A stretch of 64,000 bases of DNA from a bacterium (GCA_037446635.1 JBBIIG010000005.1:32001-96000), one strand, 5' to 3'; counted from the stretch's first letter, positions 18,540 through 28,212 are shown. Numbers and translations are program-made. The notes: generated from the letters alone by a model not told the origin.

Positions 18540-19208
18540 ATGAAACAGAAGGTGCTTTCAACAGTTATGCATGAATGGTTGCGAGTTAACAAATACTCTG
18601 AGGCCATATCATCAATTGAAATGATGGCCGAACAATCAGAACGTCTAAGTTCCGATCCTTATCGATGGAAATGGTTTATCATTTCACTACATAATACGCT
18701 TCAATGCTTTATGGTCCTAGCTTTACACAAATTGAATCCCCTGCCTATTTTGAAAAAGAAGGACGTAGAGAAATGGCTTAGGGCATATCACGAGCAGTCA
18801 GACAAGATGAATCATTATGAGTTGGATTCTTTTAGAAACTTATATAAAAAAATAAAGAATCAGGACAATAGTGGTTACAATTTGAAGGTTCGATTCTATC
18901 AACCAATCGACACTGAAGATTGGAGCGTAGAAAGACTTAATGAATATCGAAACATCTTTACCCATTTCATTCCTTGTGGTATGTCCTTGAGCATTGCAAA
19001 CTTGATCAGAGTAGGTTCCGACTCTCTTGGCATTATCAAACATCTTGGTTGGGATACGGACAGAATCAAACTTGCAAGAGGCGATTCTCAAAGAGCACGG
19101 GACGCAATAAATAAAGCGATCTTCAACATCAACAAACTAATTGATCAGTATCAACTCAAAGTGATCAAACAAGAACTAATCGAGGACGAATCGTTTACCG
19201 TGAGATAG
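18540..19208 (+). CDS. Hypothetical protein with HEPN-like Rx4H motif
   Basis: AT-rich helical-looking ORF; LNEYRNIFTHF. Confidence 0.65.
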   Translation: MKQKVLSTVMHEWLRVNKYSEAISSIEMMAEQSERLSSDPYRWKWFIISLHNTLQCFMVLALHKLNPLPILKKKDVEKWLRAYHEQSDKMNHYELDSFRNLYKKIKNQDNSGYNLKVRFYQPIDTEDWSVERLNEYRNIFTHFIPCGMSLSIANLIRVGSDSLGIIKHLGWDTDRIKLARGDSQRARDAINKAIFNINKLIDQYQLKVIKQELIEDESFTVR

Positions 19209-19274
19209 TATCACAAAATGTGACACCACATCGCAATCATAAAAAATTGACGAGGCAAAAAAATATTCGGTGTC

Positions 19275-19302
19275 AATCCGTTAAACCCGTGTCATCCGTG
19301 TT
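19275..19302. repeat. Right arm of the inverted repeat bracketing the AT-rich cassette
   Basis: AATCCGTTAAACCCGTGTCATCCGTGTT. Confidence 0.8.
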
Positions 19303-19325
19303 CTATTATTTAGAGAAAAAATAAA

Positions 19326-20321
19326 GTGAAGCTCATCATCCAAATACCCTGTTTGAACGAAGAAAAAACCCTGCCGCAGACCATCGGCGATCTGCCCAAG
19401 TCCATTGCGGGCGTCGATGAGATCGAGGTGCTGATCATCGACGATGGCAGCAGCGACCGCACGGTGGACGTGGCGCGACAGTTGGGTGTAAACCATATCG
19501 TCCGCCACACCAACAACAAAGGACTGGCCGAGGCCTTCATGAACGGCATCGATGCCTGTTTGAAACTGGGCGCCGACATCATCGTCAACACCGACGCCGA
19601 CAACCAGTACAGCGGGGGGAGCATCCCCGACCTCGTGCGCCCGATCCTCGACTCCAAAGCCGACATGGTGATCGGCGACCGCCAGATCAACGGCATCCCG
19701 CATTTTTCCTTTCTCAAAAAGCGGCTGCAGAATTTGGGCAGCTGGGTGGTGCGCCACGTTTCGGACACCAACATCCCCGACACCACCAGCGGCTTCCGCG
19801 CCTTCAGTCGCGAGGCGGCGCTGCGCATGAACGTGGTTTCGAAATTCACGTACACCCTCGAGACCATCATCCAGGCGGGCAAAAACAACATCGCCATCAC
19901 CCACGTGCCCGTCAGCACCAACGCCAAGACGCGCGACTCGCGGCTGTTCCGCAGCATCCCCAATTACGTGAAGCGCTCGCTCGCCACCATTTTGCGCATC
20001 TACACCATGTACGAGCCGCTGAAAATGTTTTCGATTATCGGCTCGCTGGTGTTCAGCGGCGGCCTGCTGCTCTCGCTGCGATTTCTTTATTTTTATTTCA
20101 CGGAGGGCGGCGCCGGCCACATCCAGTCGTTGATTTTTGCCGCGGTGCTGATGCTAATCGGATTTCAGACGGTGATGATTGGTCTGGTGGCGGATTTGAT
20201 TCGCGGCAATCGCCGGTTGATTGAGGATACACAGTATCGGGTGCGGAAGTTGGAGATTGGGAGGTTTTATAAAGAGAAGAAATCAGATGATAAAGACAAG
20301 AAATCAGAGAAAACTTTGTAG
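19326..20321 (+). CDS. Glycosyltransferase family 2
   Basis: IQIPCLNEE, IDDGSSD, NTDADNQY, DTTSGFRAFSR. Confidence 0.92.
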   Translation: MKLIIQIPCLNEEKTLPQTIGDLPKSIAGVDEIEVLIIDDGSSDRTVDVARQLGVNHIVRHTNNKGLAEAFMNGIDACLKLGADIIVNTDADNQYSGGSIPDLVRPILDSKADMVIGDRQINGIPHFSFLKKRLQNLGSWVVRHVSDTNIPDTTSGFRAFSREAALRMNVVSKFTYTLETIIQAGKNNIAITHVPVSTNAKTRDSRLFRSIPNYVKRSLATILRIYTMYEPLKMFSIIGSLVFSGGLLLSLRFLYFYFTEGGAGHIQSLIFAAVLMLIGFQTVMIGLVADLIRGNRRLIEDTQYRVRKLEIGRFYKEKKSDDKDKKSEKTL

Positions 20322-20327
20322 TTCCAT

Positions 20328-20710
20328 GAGATTGCTTCGACTCGCTGAACAGCGCGAGTCTCGCAATGACAGCGCTCGACCTGTCACTGCGAGGCGCTTT
20401 TTGCCGAAGCAGTCCCATGATTGGAGCACCTTCGGAACTCACCCCCTAAATCCCCCTCTCTTAAAAGACAAGAGAGGGGGACTTGAACGGGTCTCGATCT
20501 CTAAGCCCCCTTCTCTTAGCAAGAGAAGGGGGTTGGGGGATGAGTTCGGAAAGCGAGCATGAGTGAATAATCAGATGACAATGACAAGAAAGCACAAAAT
20601 TAGAACTCAGAGCAATGTCATTTCGAACCCCGACGCTTTTTGTCGGGGTGAGAAATCTGGCACTGCACGAATCGTTGCAGACCAGATTTCTCGCTGCGCT
20701 CGAAATGACA
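20328..20710. repeat. Stack of three palindromic elements: GTCA-TGCG pair 20328-20424, CCCCT/AGGGG element 20435-20548, GTCAT element 20616-20710
   Basis: Arms read directly; 20612-20712 is near-identical to 25853-25959. Confidence 0.85.
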
Positions 20711-20738
20711 CGTTCATTGTTCCGTGCGAGGTCGAACT

Positions 20739-21821
20739 ATGAGTTCGCCGAATGTAGGCAAGGCTCCAAGAATCTGCTACGTCGCGGGCCGCGAGGCGAG
20801 CTACTCCCGCACGCGCACGATGATTTACGCCATGCAGCAGGCGGGCTATGAGGTGGTGACCTGTCTGCCGCCGAACAAATCGTTCAAAAATTATCCGCGG
20901 GTGATCTGGGAGTTTCTGAAAAGGAAGCGCGGCTGCGATCTGGTGGTGGTGGGATTTTACGGACAACTGCTGCTGCCGCTGGTGTGGCTCTTCACCCGTA
21001 AACCGATTTTGTTTGATGTTTACATTTCCACCTTCGGCACGATGATTCACGATCGCGGCAAAGGGAGCGAAAAGGGATGGAAGGCGAAACTGTTCTGGCT
21101 CTCCGATCACATCTCGATGAAATTGGCGAAGCGCATCATCATCGAGAGTCGCCATCATATTCGGGTCTATTCGCAGATGTTCAAGATTCCCGAAAGCAAA
21201 TTCCGCCACATTTTTCTCGCCACCGATCCCGCGGTGATGCGGCCAAAAGCAGCGACTGGGGAATCGAACGGAAAATTTTTAGTGCACTTTCACGGCGAGT
21301 ACGCACCGTTTCACGGGGTGCAGTACATTTTGCAGGCCGCGGATCTGTTGCGGGATTCGGATGTCGAATTTCAAATCATCGGCAAGGGCATTACCTACGA
21401 ACGCGATATGCTGCTCGTGAAAAAACTGAATCTCACAAACTGCCGTTTCATCGATTGGGTGCCGTACGACCAGCTTGCAGATTACATGTCGCGGGCGGAC
21501 TGCTGCCTCGGATTCTTCGGCGAGAATCCCCGCGCGACGCGGGTGTTCACCAACAAAGTGGTGGAAACGCTGGCCGTGGGGCGGCCGCTCATCACCTGCA
21601 AAAACGAACCCGTGCAGGAGCTGCTCAAAGACGGCGAGAGCGCGTTGCTGGTGGAACGCGCCAATCCGCAGGCCATCGCCGATGCCATCCGCAAGCTGCG
21701 CGAAGATGCGGCGCTGCGAAAGCAACTCGCGCAAAACGGTCACGAGCGCTTTTTGCAAAATTGCACGTTGGAAGTGTTCTCACAAAAATTGAAAAACGTT
21801 ATTGAGGAGATGTTGAATTGA
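20739..21821 (+). CDS. Glycosyltransferase family 4
   Basis: FHGEYAPFHGV, ADCCLGFFG, NKVVETLAVGRP. Confidence 0.9.
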   Translation: MSSPNVGKAPRICYVAGREASYSRTRTMIYAMQQAGYEVVTCLPPNKSFKNYPRVIWEFLKRKRGCDLVVVGFYGQLLLPLVWLFTRKPILFDVYISTFGTMIHDRGKGSEKGWKAKLFWLSDHISMKLAKRIIIESRHHIRVYSQMFKIPESKFRHIFLATDPAVMRPKAATGESNGKFLVHFHGEYAPFHGVQYILQAADLLRDSDVEFQIIGKGITYERDMLLVKKLNLTNCRFIDWVPYDQLADYMSRADCCLGFFGENPRATRVFTNKVVETLAVGRPLITCKNEPVQELLKDGESALLVERANPQAIADAIRKLREDAALRKQLAQNGHERFLQNCTLEVFSQKLKNVIEEMLN

Positions 21822-22819
21822 GCTTTGACTATTCCATATTGAAAGACAAGCGAGTTTTGATCACGGGTGGATTGGGTTTCATCGGCAGCAACCTCGCGCA
21901 CCGCTGCGTGGAGTTGGGCGCGCGGGTGACCATCATGGATGCCTGCATCGAGCCGTACGGTTGGAATCCATTTAATATCGAAGAGATAAAAGACCGGGTG
22001 CAGTTCATCAAAGGCGATGTGCGCAACCGTGCGCTGCTGGTGGAGCTGACGGCGGAGAAGGACATCGTCTTTCACATGGCGGCGCAGGTGGGGCGCGAGA
22101 TTTCGGTGGAGTCGCCCGAGCTGGACGTGGACATCAACTGTCAGGGCACCATCAATTTGCTGGAGGCGGTGCGCCGCAATGGCAGTCGTGCCAAAGTGGT
22201 GTTTGCGGGATCGCGCGGACAAATTGGCGAGCCTGTGTATATGCCCGTGGACGAGCAGCATCCGCAAAATCCGACGGATGTGTATGGCATCAACAAGATG
22301 GCGGCGGAGCAGTACCTGTTTTTGTACAGCAAAATTTACGGCTTCCCCGTGGTCTCGCTGCGGCTGAATAATGTTTATGGCCCGCGCTGTCAGATGCACG
22401 CGGGATTTTACGGCATCCTCAACTGGTTCATGGCCAACGCGATGACGGGCAAGCCCATCACGGTTTACGGCGAAGGCCGCCAGACCCGCGATTACGTTTA
22501 CATCACCGACGTGGTGGACGCGTTCATCCGCGTGGCGATTTCGGAGAAGGCAAATGGGCAAATGTATTTTGTCGGCTCGGGTGTGGAGACAGTGTTCATC
22601 GACATGGTGAAGGAGATCGTGCGTGCCGTGGGCAAAGGCGAAATCACGCACATTCCCTTTCCCAAAACCCGCGAGGCCATCGACATCAAGCGCTTCGTGG
22701 TGACGTACCAGAAAATTCAGGATGCGGTGGGCTGGAGTCCGCAGGTGGATTTGGCGACGGGGGTGAAGAGGACGTTTGAATTCTATGAGAAGAACTTGTC
22801 GAAGTATTTAAATAGGTGA
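21818..22819 (+). CDS. NAD-dependent epimerase/dehydratase
   Basis: TGGLGFIGS, YGINK, NVYGP, RDYVYITD. Confidence 0.92.
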   Translation: MSFDYSILKDKRVLITGGLGFIGSNLAHRCVELGARVTIMDACIEPYGWNPFNIEEIKDRVQFIKGDVRNRALLVELTAEKDIVFHMAAQVGREISVESPELDVDINCQGTINLLEAVRRNGSRAKVVFAGSRGQIGEPVYMPVDEQHPQNPTDVYGINKMAAEQYLFLYSKIYGFPVVSLRLNNVYGPRCQMHAGFYGILNWFMANAMTGKPITVYGEGRQTRDYVYITDVVDAFIRVAISEKANGQMYFVGSGVETVFIDMVKEIVRAVGKGEITHIPFPKTREAIDIKRFVVTYQKIQDAVGWSPQVDLATGVKRTFEFYEKNLSKYLNR

Positions 22820-23018
22820 AAAGTGAAACGGCAGAGGGCAAACGGCAGACGTGAAAGCAATCAGTCGGCCCCAAGGTGTCATTCCGAACCGACGCTTTTT
22901 GTCGGTGAGGAATCTGGCGGCTCACAGATCGTTCTTGCAGTACTGAGTTAGGGGCGTAATCGTAAAGTCTATTCTCCGTCAGATTTCTCGACTCCGCTAC
23001 GCTCCGCTCGAAATGACA
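22816..23018. repeat. Heptamer repeats plus GTCAT...ATGAC palindromic element (22877-23018)
   Basis: ACGGCAGAGGGCAAACGGCAGACG; TGTCATTCCGAACCGACGC..GAGGAATCTG / CAGATTTCTCG..CGAAATGACA. Confidence 0.8.
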
Positions 23019-23032
23019 AATATCGGGTAACC

Positions 23033-23923
23033 ATGCTAAGTAAATCGAACGAAATCTTTCTATCCATCGTCATCCCCTCGTACAACTCGAAGCACTGGAT
23101 CGCCCACTGTCTCGACTCGCTCAAAGATCAAGTGCAGCGGGAGGACGTGGAGGTGATCGTGGTGGACAGCTCCGAGGACGATCTGACGCCGTTCATTCGT
23201 GAGCGCTATCCGTTTGTGCAGACGCACCATCTGCCGCAGCGGGCGTATCCCGGCACCGCGCGCACCTACGGCATTCGCCAGAGTCGTGGACAAGTGATTG
23301 CGTTCATCGATACGGACTGCAAAGCCAGCGAGGACTGGGTGGAGCGCATCATCGCCGAGCAGAAGAATGGCAAGAGTGTGGTGGGCGGACCCGTGGCCAA
23401 CGGCACGCCGAAAAGCTTGGTGGGCACGGCCGAGTACATTTTAGAATTCAGCGAGATGGTGCCCGCCATGCCCGAGGGTCCCGTGCGATTTATTCCCACC
23501 TGCAATATTTCCTTCAAGCGCAGCGTGTTCGATCAGATTGGCAAAATCGAAGATACCATCAAAGGCAGCGACGCACTCTTTTGCCGAAAAATCACTTTGC
23601 TCGGCGAGCCGATCTATTTTCAGCGGCCGATCACGGTGTGGCACTCCAATCGCACGAAGCTGAAAAAGTATTTGCAGAATCAGTACGACATCGGCGTGGG
23701 TGCGGCGCAGGTGCGGAAAAAGGAATCGCAGGTTGGCGCGGTGCTGGTGAAATATCCGGTTTTGATTCCGCTGATTCCGTTTGCCCGCACGCTGCTCATT
23801 GGCAAACGGTTTTTCAAATACGACAAGAAATTGTTCCTGCAGTTTGTGGGATTGTATCCGCTGATATTTTTGGGGATGGTGGCGTATACGAAGGGGTTCT
23901 GGGATGGGCGATTTAAACACTGA
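23033..23923 (+). CDS. Glycosyltransferase family 2
   Basis: SIVIPSYN, VVDSS, AFIDTDC. Confidence 0.9.
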   Translation: MLSKSNEIFLSIVIPSYNSKHWIAHCLDSLKDQVQREDVEVIVVDSSEDDLTPFIRERYPFVQTHHLPQRAYPGTARTYGIRQSRGQVIAFIDTDCKASEDWVERIIAEQKNGKSVVGGPVANGTPKSLVGTAEYILEFSEMVPAMPEGPVRFIPTCNISFKRSVFDQIGKIEDTIKGSDALFCRKITLLGEPIYFQRPITVWHSNRTKLKKYLQNQYDIGVGAAQVRKKESQVGAVLVKYPVLIPLIPFARTLLIGKRFFKYDKKLFLQFVGLYPLIFLGMVAYTKGFWDGRFKH

Positions 23924-23955
23924 AATTACCGAAACACACTGAATGAAGATTTTCT

Positions 23956-25992
23956 GTGCTAAGAAATAAAACCATTTTAACTGTACTTATTTTGGTTATC
24001 CTCGCCGCCGCCTACCTCCGCCTTGCCAACCTCGGCGTCCCCAGCTTCTGGGTGGACGAGCTGGATTTCGTCGATGCGGCGAAATCGATGCTGCGAGTCG
24101 GTGAGCCGCTGCTGGATTCGGGCTATCCCTATCCGCGCGCGCCGCTGCAAACGTACGCGCTGATGGCGTCGTTTAAATTATTCGGCGTGTCGGAGTTTTC
24201 CAGTCGGCTGCCGTCGGCGATTTTTGGGATTCTCTCCATTCCGCTGATTTTCATCATCGGCCGCGGATGGTTCAACGAGCGGGTAGGATTGCTGTCCGCG
24301 CTATTTTTGGCGGTGTCGCCATTTGCCATCGGCTGGTCGCGGGCGTGTCGGATGTATGCGTTGTTTCAACTTTTGTTTTTGGCGGGAGCGTATTTTTTTT
24401 ATCGCGGATTTGAGAATCCCCCTGTTTCCCCCTTTAAAAAAGGGGGAGCAGAAAAATTCCCCCCTGATAAGGGGGGATTAAGGGGGGTGTTCCAGCGCTG
24501 GCAACTGAATCTGCCCTACTTACTTTTAGGTGGATTCTTTCTGCTCCTCAGCTACTCCACGCACCAAAACGCCGGACTTTTTTTGCTAACATTCATCGCC
24601 TATCTTTTATTGATGGCGATCGCGGCCGTTTTTCAACAAGGTTTCTTCGAAGCGTTGAAAAGCAAATACGTCATTCTGATGACAACTATTTTGGGCACAC
24701 TGGTTTTGGCGTACCTCGTTCTCCCGCCAATGCGCGAGTTCGTGATTTACGCTGCCGAGTATCAACCCAAATGGGCGGAGGTGGCATCGGCGCAGAATCC
24801 CTGGCGCATTTTTGAATTTTTCTTTGGCGCGGAGAGATTGCCGTTCAATCTGCTATTCATTGGCGGCGCAATTCTAATTTTGGTAAACTGGAATCGCGTG
24901 GGCGTGTTCACGTTGTTGACTTTCTTCGTCCCTGTGATTCTTTTCAGTTTTGTTTTCCAATATCGCAAAAATGATTATGTGTTTCACGTGTATCCGTTGT
25001 TTTACTTGGTCGGCGCCGTGGCGCTGGATTTTGTGATTGTGAAATTGTCCGAAGTGAAGTTCTTTGACGCTGTGTTTAACAGATTCGCAGTATCCGGGAA
25101 GACACCCCCCTTTATCCCCCCTCAAGGGGGGAATGGAATGGGCGTCCCCCCTCGAGCGGGGAATAAAATCGACGCGTCCCCTCAAAAGAGTGATCAAAAA
25201 AGTGTCCCTCCGCAGGAGGGGGAAAATTTCCCCCCTTACCAAGGGGGGATTAAGGGGGGTCTTAGCCGACTCCCGAAAGAAGCTATTATCGTAGTTGCCT
25301 GCCTGCTTTGGCTGCCGCTGACCTTCAACTTCCGCTTCGCGCAGAAAATCCCGCGGCTGCCGGATGGCAACTTCAACGGCGCCATTTATCACAATGAGTG
25401 GAAAGAAGCGGCGGCATTTTTGAAAGGAAAAGTCTCCGACGAAGATGTGCTGATGTCCACACTGCCGCTGACCGTCAAACATTATCTCGGGCGGGCGGAA
25501 TACAATCTCAATGTCTCGAACGGCGATTTGGCGCGGGAGAAGAACATCGTCGCGGCGGATGGCCGGCTCATCGACTTCTACTCCGGCGCCGATATTATTG
25601 AAGATGTGGCGGAGTTGCAATCGGTGCTCGAGGCGCATCCCTCAGGATGGCTGGTGGTGGATAACTACCGCTTCGAAAATGATGTCTATGTGCCCGCGGC
25701 CATGTGCGAGTTTATGTTGTCGCGCGTAAAAAAAGTGCATGAGACGAAGAACAAAACTGTTTCGGTGTATCGCTGGGAAAAAGCGAGTCAGCCGCCGAGC
25801 GGCGATTCGTCGCTGGATCCGGCCGGTGGCGAAGTTGCTTGCCCTAAAATAGGCAATGTCATTTCGAACCCCGACGCTTTTGCTTTTTGTCGGGGTGAGA
25901 AATCTGGAAATGCACAGGTCGTGCTCAGCCAGATTTCTCGCTGCGCTCGAAATGACACGGCCTCGTTAATGATAAAGGAGACACTCAATTGA
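23956..25992 (+). CDS. Glycosyltransferase family 39-like (ArnT/PMT-type) membrane protein with two in-frame hairpin insertions and a repeat-encoded tail
   Basis: SFWVDE, SEFSSRLPS, WSRACRMY, multiple TM segments. Confidence 0.85.
   Translation: MLRNKTILTVLILVILAAAYLRLANLGVPSFWVDELDFVDAAKSMLRVGEPLLDSGYPYPRAPLQTYALMASFKLFGVSEFSSRLPSAIFGILSIPLIFIIGRGWFNERVGLLSALFLAVSPFAIGWSRACRMYALFQLLFLAGAYFFYRGFENPPVSPFKKGGAEKFPPDKGGLRGVFQRWQLNLPYLLLGGFFLLLSYSTHQNAGLFLLTFIAYLLLMAIAAVFQQGFFEALKSKYVILMTTILGTLVLAYLVLPPMREFVIYAAEYQPKWAEVASAQNPWRIFEFFFGAERLPFNLLFIGGAILILVNWNRVGVFTLLTFFVPVILFSFVFQYRKNDYVFHVYPLFYLVGAVALDFVIVKLSEVKFFDAVFNRFAVSGKTPPFIPPQGGNGMGVPPRAGNKIDASPQKSDQKSVPPQEGENFPPYQGGIKGGLSRLPKEAIIVVACLLWLPLTFNFRFAQKIPRLPDGNFNGAIYHNEWKEAAAFLKGKVSDEDVLMSTLPLTVKHYLGRAEYNLNVSNGDLAREKNIVAADGRLIDFYSGADIIEDVAELQSVLEAHPSGWLVVDNYRFENDVYVPAAMCEFMLSRVKKVHETKNKTVSVYRWEKASQPPSGDSSLDPAGGEVACPKIGNVISNPDAFAFCRGEKSGNAQVVLSQISRCARNDTASLMIKETLN
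25857..25957. repeat. GTCAT...ATGAC element lying inside the 3' end of the GT39 ORF
   Basis: Near-identical to intergenic 20616-20710. Confidence 0.85.
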
Positions 25993-28148
25993 AAGCACTG
26001 GTAACCGGCGCGGCCGGATTTTTGGGACGCCACATTGTTGAAGTTTTACAGAAGCACAAGTATGAAATCGTGACCGTGGTGCGTCCCACGAGCGATGTGA
26101 GTTTTCTCAGAGAAAGAAACGTGCGCATGATTGACGGCGATCTGCGCGATCCCAAAGTTCTCGCAAAAGCCGCCAAAGGTGTGGATGTGATCGTGCACGC
26201 CGCGGCGGCGCTGCGCGGCAGGTGGGAGGATTTCAACGAAATCAACGTCGAGGCGACGCGCCATTTGCTGGAGATAGCACTTCAAGAAAAGGTACAGCGA
26301 TTCGTTTTCATCAGCTCGATCATCGTTTACGATCACACCTCGGCGAAGGCGGGACACACCTTTCGCGAGGACATGCCCTACGAGGAGAAGCAGCAGACGT
26401 TTTACTGCAAAACAAAAATCGCGGGGGAGAAGCTGGTACAGCAGTATCACGAAAAAGGTTTGGCGACGACCATCATTCGCCCCGGCGCGCTCTATGGCAA
26501 GCACGGTCCGATGTTCATGTCGCGACTCGGCATGCCCCTCGGCAGCAATCGTTATCTGATTGTTGGCAACGGAAAATTGCCGTTGCCACTTTCGCACGTG
26601 GAAACGGTGGCCGAAGCGGTCTGGCTGGCGATTTCAAAAAAGGAAGCAATCGGTCAAATTTACAACGCCGTCGAAAGCGATACCCTCACGCAGCGTGAAT
26701 TTTTCGCGCAAGTTCGCCAGCATGTGAAACCGAAATTTTCCACCATTCGTGTACCGCTGCCGGTGATGAACTTCATGGCGATTTGTCTCGACAAATTATT
26801 GGGACTGGCGAAAATGAAATCGCCACTGAGTTTGTCGCAGATCCGACTTTGGGCCACGCCGTTTTTTTATTCAAATGAAAAAATCAGAACAGAGCTCAAC
26901 TGGCAGCCGGCAGATGTTCCCGCCACCGTGCGCGATATGCTTATTTGGAATAAGCAGAAAACACAGCCGAAGCGGAATCCGCCGGGCAACAAAATTAACG
27001 TTGCGATCAATTCCGACAAACAAGTTCGCGTCGGTGTAATTGGATGCGGCGTGATCTCCGGTCCGCATCTCGCTGCGCTGAGTCGCATCAAAAACGCTGT
27101 GGTCGCAGCCGTGAGCGATCCCGTTGAAACCGCGCGCGAAACAATGGCGAAAAAGTACAGCGTCATGAAATCGTATTCCAATTACAAAGAGATGCTGGAA
27201 AACGAAAAGCTGGACGCAGTGCACGTGTGCACGCCATCGCAGAGTCATGCCGAGATCAGCATCGCGGCGATGAATTGCGGCTGCCACGTGTTTGTGGAAA
27301 AACCGTTCGCGCTGACTGCCGCTGAAGCCAAGCGCATGTTGGCCTCTGCGAAAAAGAACAACGTGCTGCTCTGCGTCGATCACAATCACCTCTTCGACGA
27401 AGTGATGGTGAAAGCGCGCGCGATCATCGCCAGCGGCGCACTTGGTCGCGTCTCGTACGTGGAAAGCTGGTACGGCACCTCGTACAGTTCTGACGCCGGC
27501 AGCCGCTACCTGACGTGGGAGGGCCGCAACAACTGGGCGTACAACATGCCCGGCTCGCTTTATCAAAATTTCATCTCCCATCCCATCGCGCTCTTGTTGG
27601 ATGTGATGGGCGACGCGCGCGTGCACGGCGTGCAGGGGAAATTCAATCGCATCGTTCCCCACATGAAAACCGACGAGCTGCGGGTGATGCTCGAAAACGA
27701 AACCATGCTCGGCCTGCTCAGCATGTCGATGGCGGTTTCGCCGCGCTATTTGTTCGTGAATGTTTATGGCACCGCCGCCACGCTGAAGATCGATTTCCTC
27801 AACAAGTACGTTTTTCTCGACAAGCCCGCCGCGAAGCTGCCGCGCGTGGTGAGCCGCAGTCTCAGCGCCATGAAACAGGCGCGCATCATTTTTAGCTCGG
27901 GAATGAAAAACACGGTGCTCGGTTTGCTCGGAAAATACAACATGTATCAGGGCAATGAGACGCTCATTCGGCTATTTTACAAAAGCATCCTCGATGGCGA
28001 TCCGCTGCCCATCGCGCCGGAGGAAGGAGTACGCTCGATGGAAGTGATGGATGAGATTTGGACGAAGCTCGCCACCAGCAATGGCGCGTCTTCGTTAGCC
28101 AAAGTGCCGGTGAAGGGCAAGAAAACTTCGATGACCAAAGAGGATTAA
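25989..28148 (+). CDS. Bifunctional NAD-dependent epimerase (SDR) / Gfo-Idh-MocA oxidoreductase
   Basis: TGAAGFLG and YCKTK in the N-half; GVIGCG, HVFVEKP and DHNHLF in the C-half; TTG start after AAGGAG. Confidence 0.88.
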   Translation: MKALVTGAAGFLGRHIVEVLQKHKYEIVTVVRPTSDVSFLRERNVRMIDGDLRDPKVLAKAAKGVDVIVHAAAALRGRWEDFNEINVEATRHLLEIALQEKVQRFVFISSIIVYDHTSAKAGHTFREDMPYEEKQQTFYCKTKIAGEKLVQQYHEKGLATTIIRPGALYGKHGPMFMSRLGMPLGSNRYLIVGNGKLPLPLSHVETVAEAVWLAISKKEAIGQIYNAVESDTLTQREFFAQVRQHVKPKFSTIRVPLPVMNFMAICLDKLLGLAKMKSPLSLSQIRLWATPFFYSNEKIRTELNWQPADVPATVRDMLIWNKQKTQPKRNPPGNKINVAINSDKQVRVGVIGCGVISGPHLAALSRIKNAVVAAVSDPVETARETMAKKYSVMKSYSNYKEMLENEKLDAVHVCTPSQSHAEISIAAMNCGCHVFVEKPFALTAAEAKRMLASAKKNNVLLCVDHNHLFDEVMVKARAIIASGALGRVSYVESWYGTSYSSDAGSRYLTWEGRNNWAYNMPGSLYQNFISHPIALLLDVMGDARVHGVQGKFNRIVPHMKTDELRVMLENETMLGLLSMSMAVSPRYLFVNVYGTAATLKIDFLNKYVFLDKPAAKLPRVVSRSLSAMKQARIIFSSGMKNTVLGLLGKYNMYQGNETLIRLFYKSILDGDPLPIAPEEGVRSMEVMDEIWTKLATSNGASSLAKVPVKGKKTSMTKED

Positions 28149-28212
28149 TGGATCAATGGATTATTGGATCATTGTTTTTCATTAATCCATTGATCCAACA
28201 ATCCATTAATCC
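28143..28212. repeat. TGGATCAA/TTGATCCA octamer inverted arms
   Basis: GATTAATGGATCAATGGATTATTGGATCA / TTAATCCATTGATCCAACAATCCATTAATCC. Confidence 0.8.

Noticed and set aside
16328..19208. Integron cassette array
   Set aside because: Genes are separated by only 1-36 bp with no attC-like sites, and there is no integron integrase.
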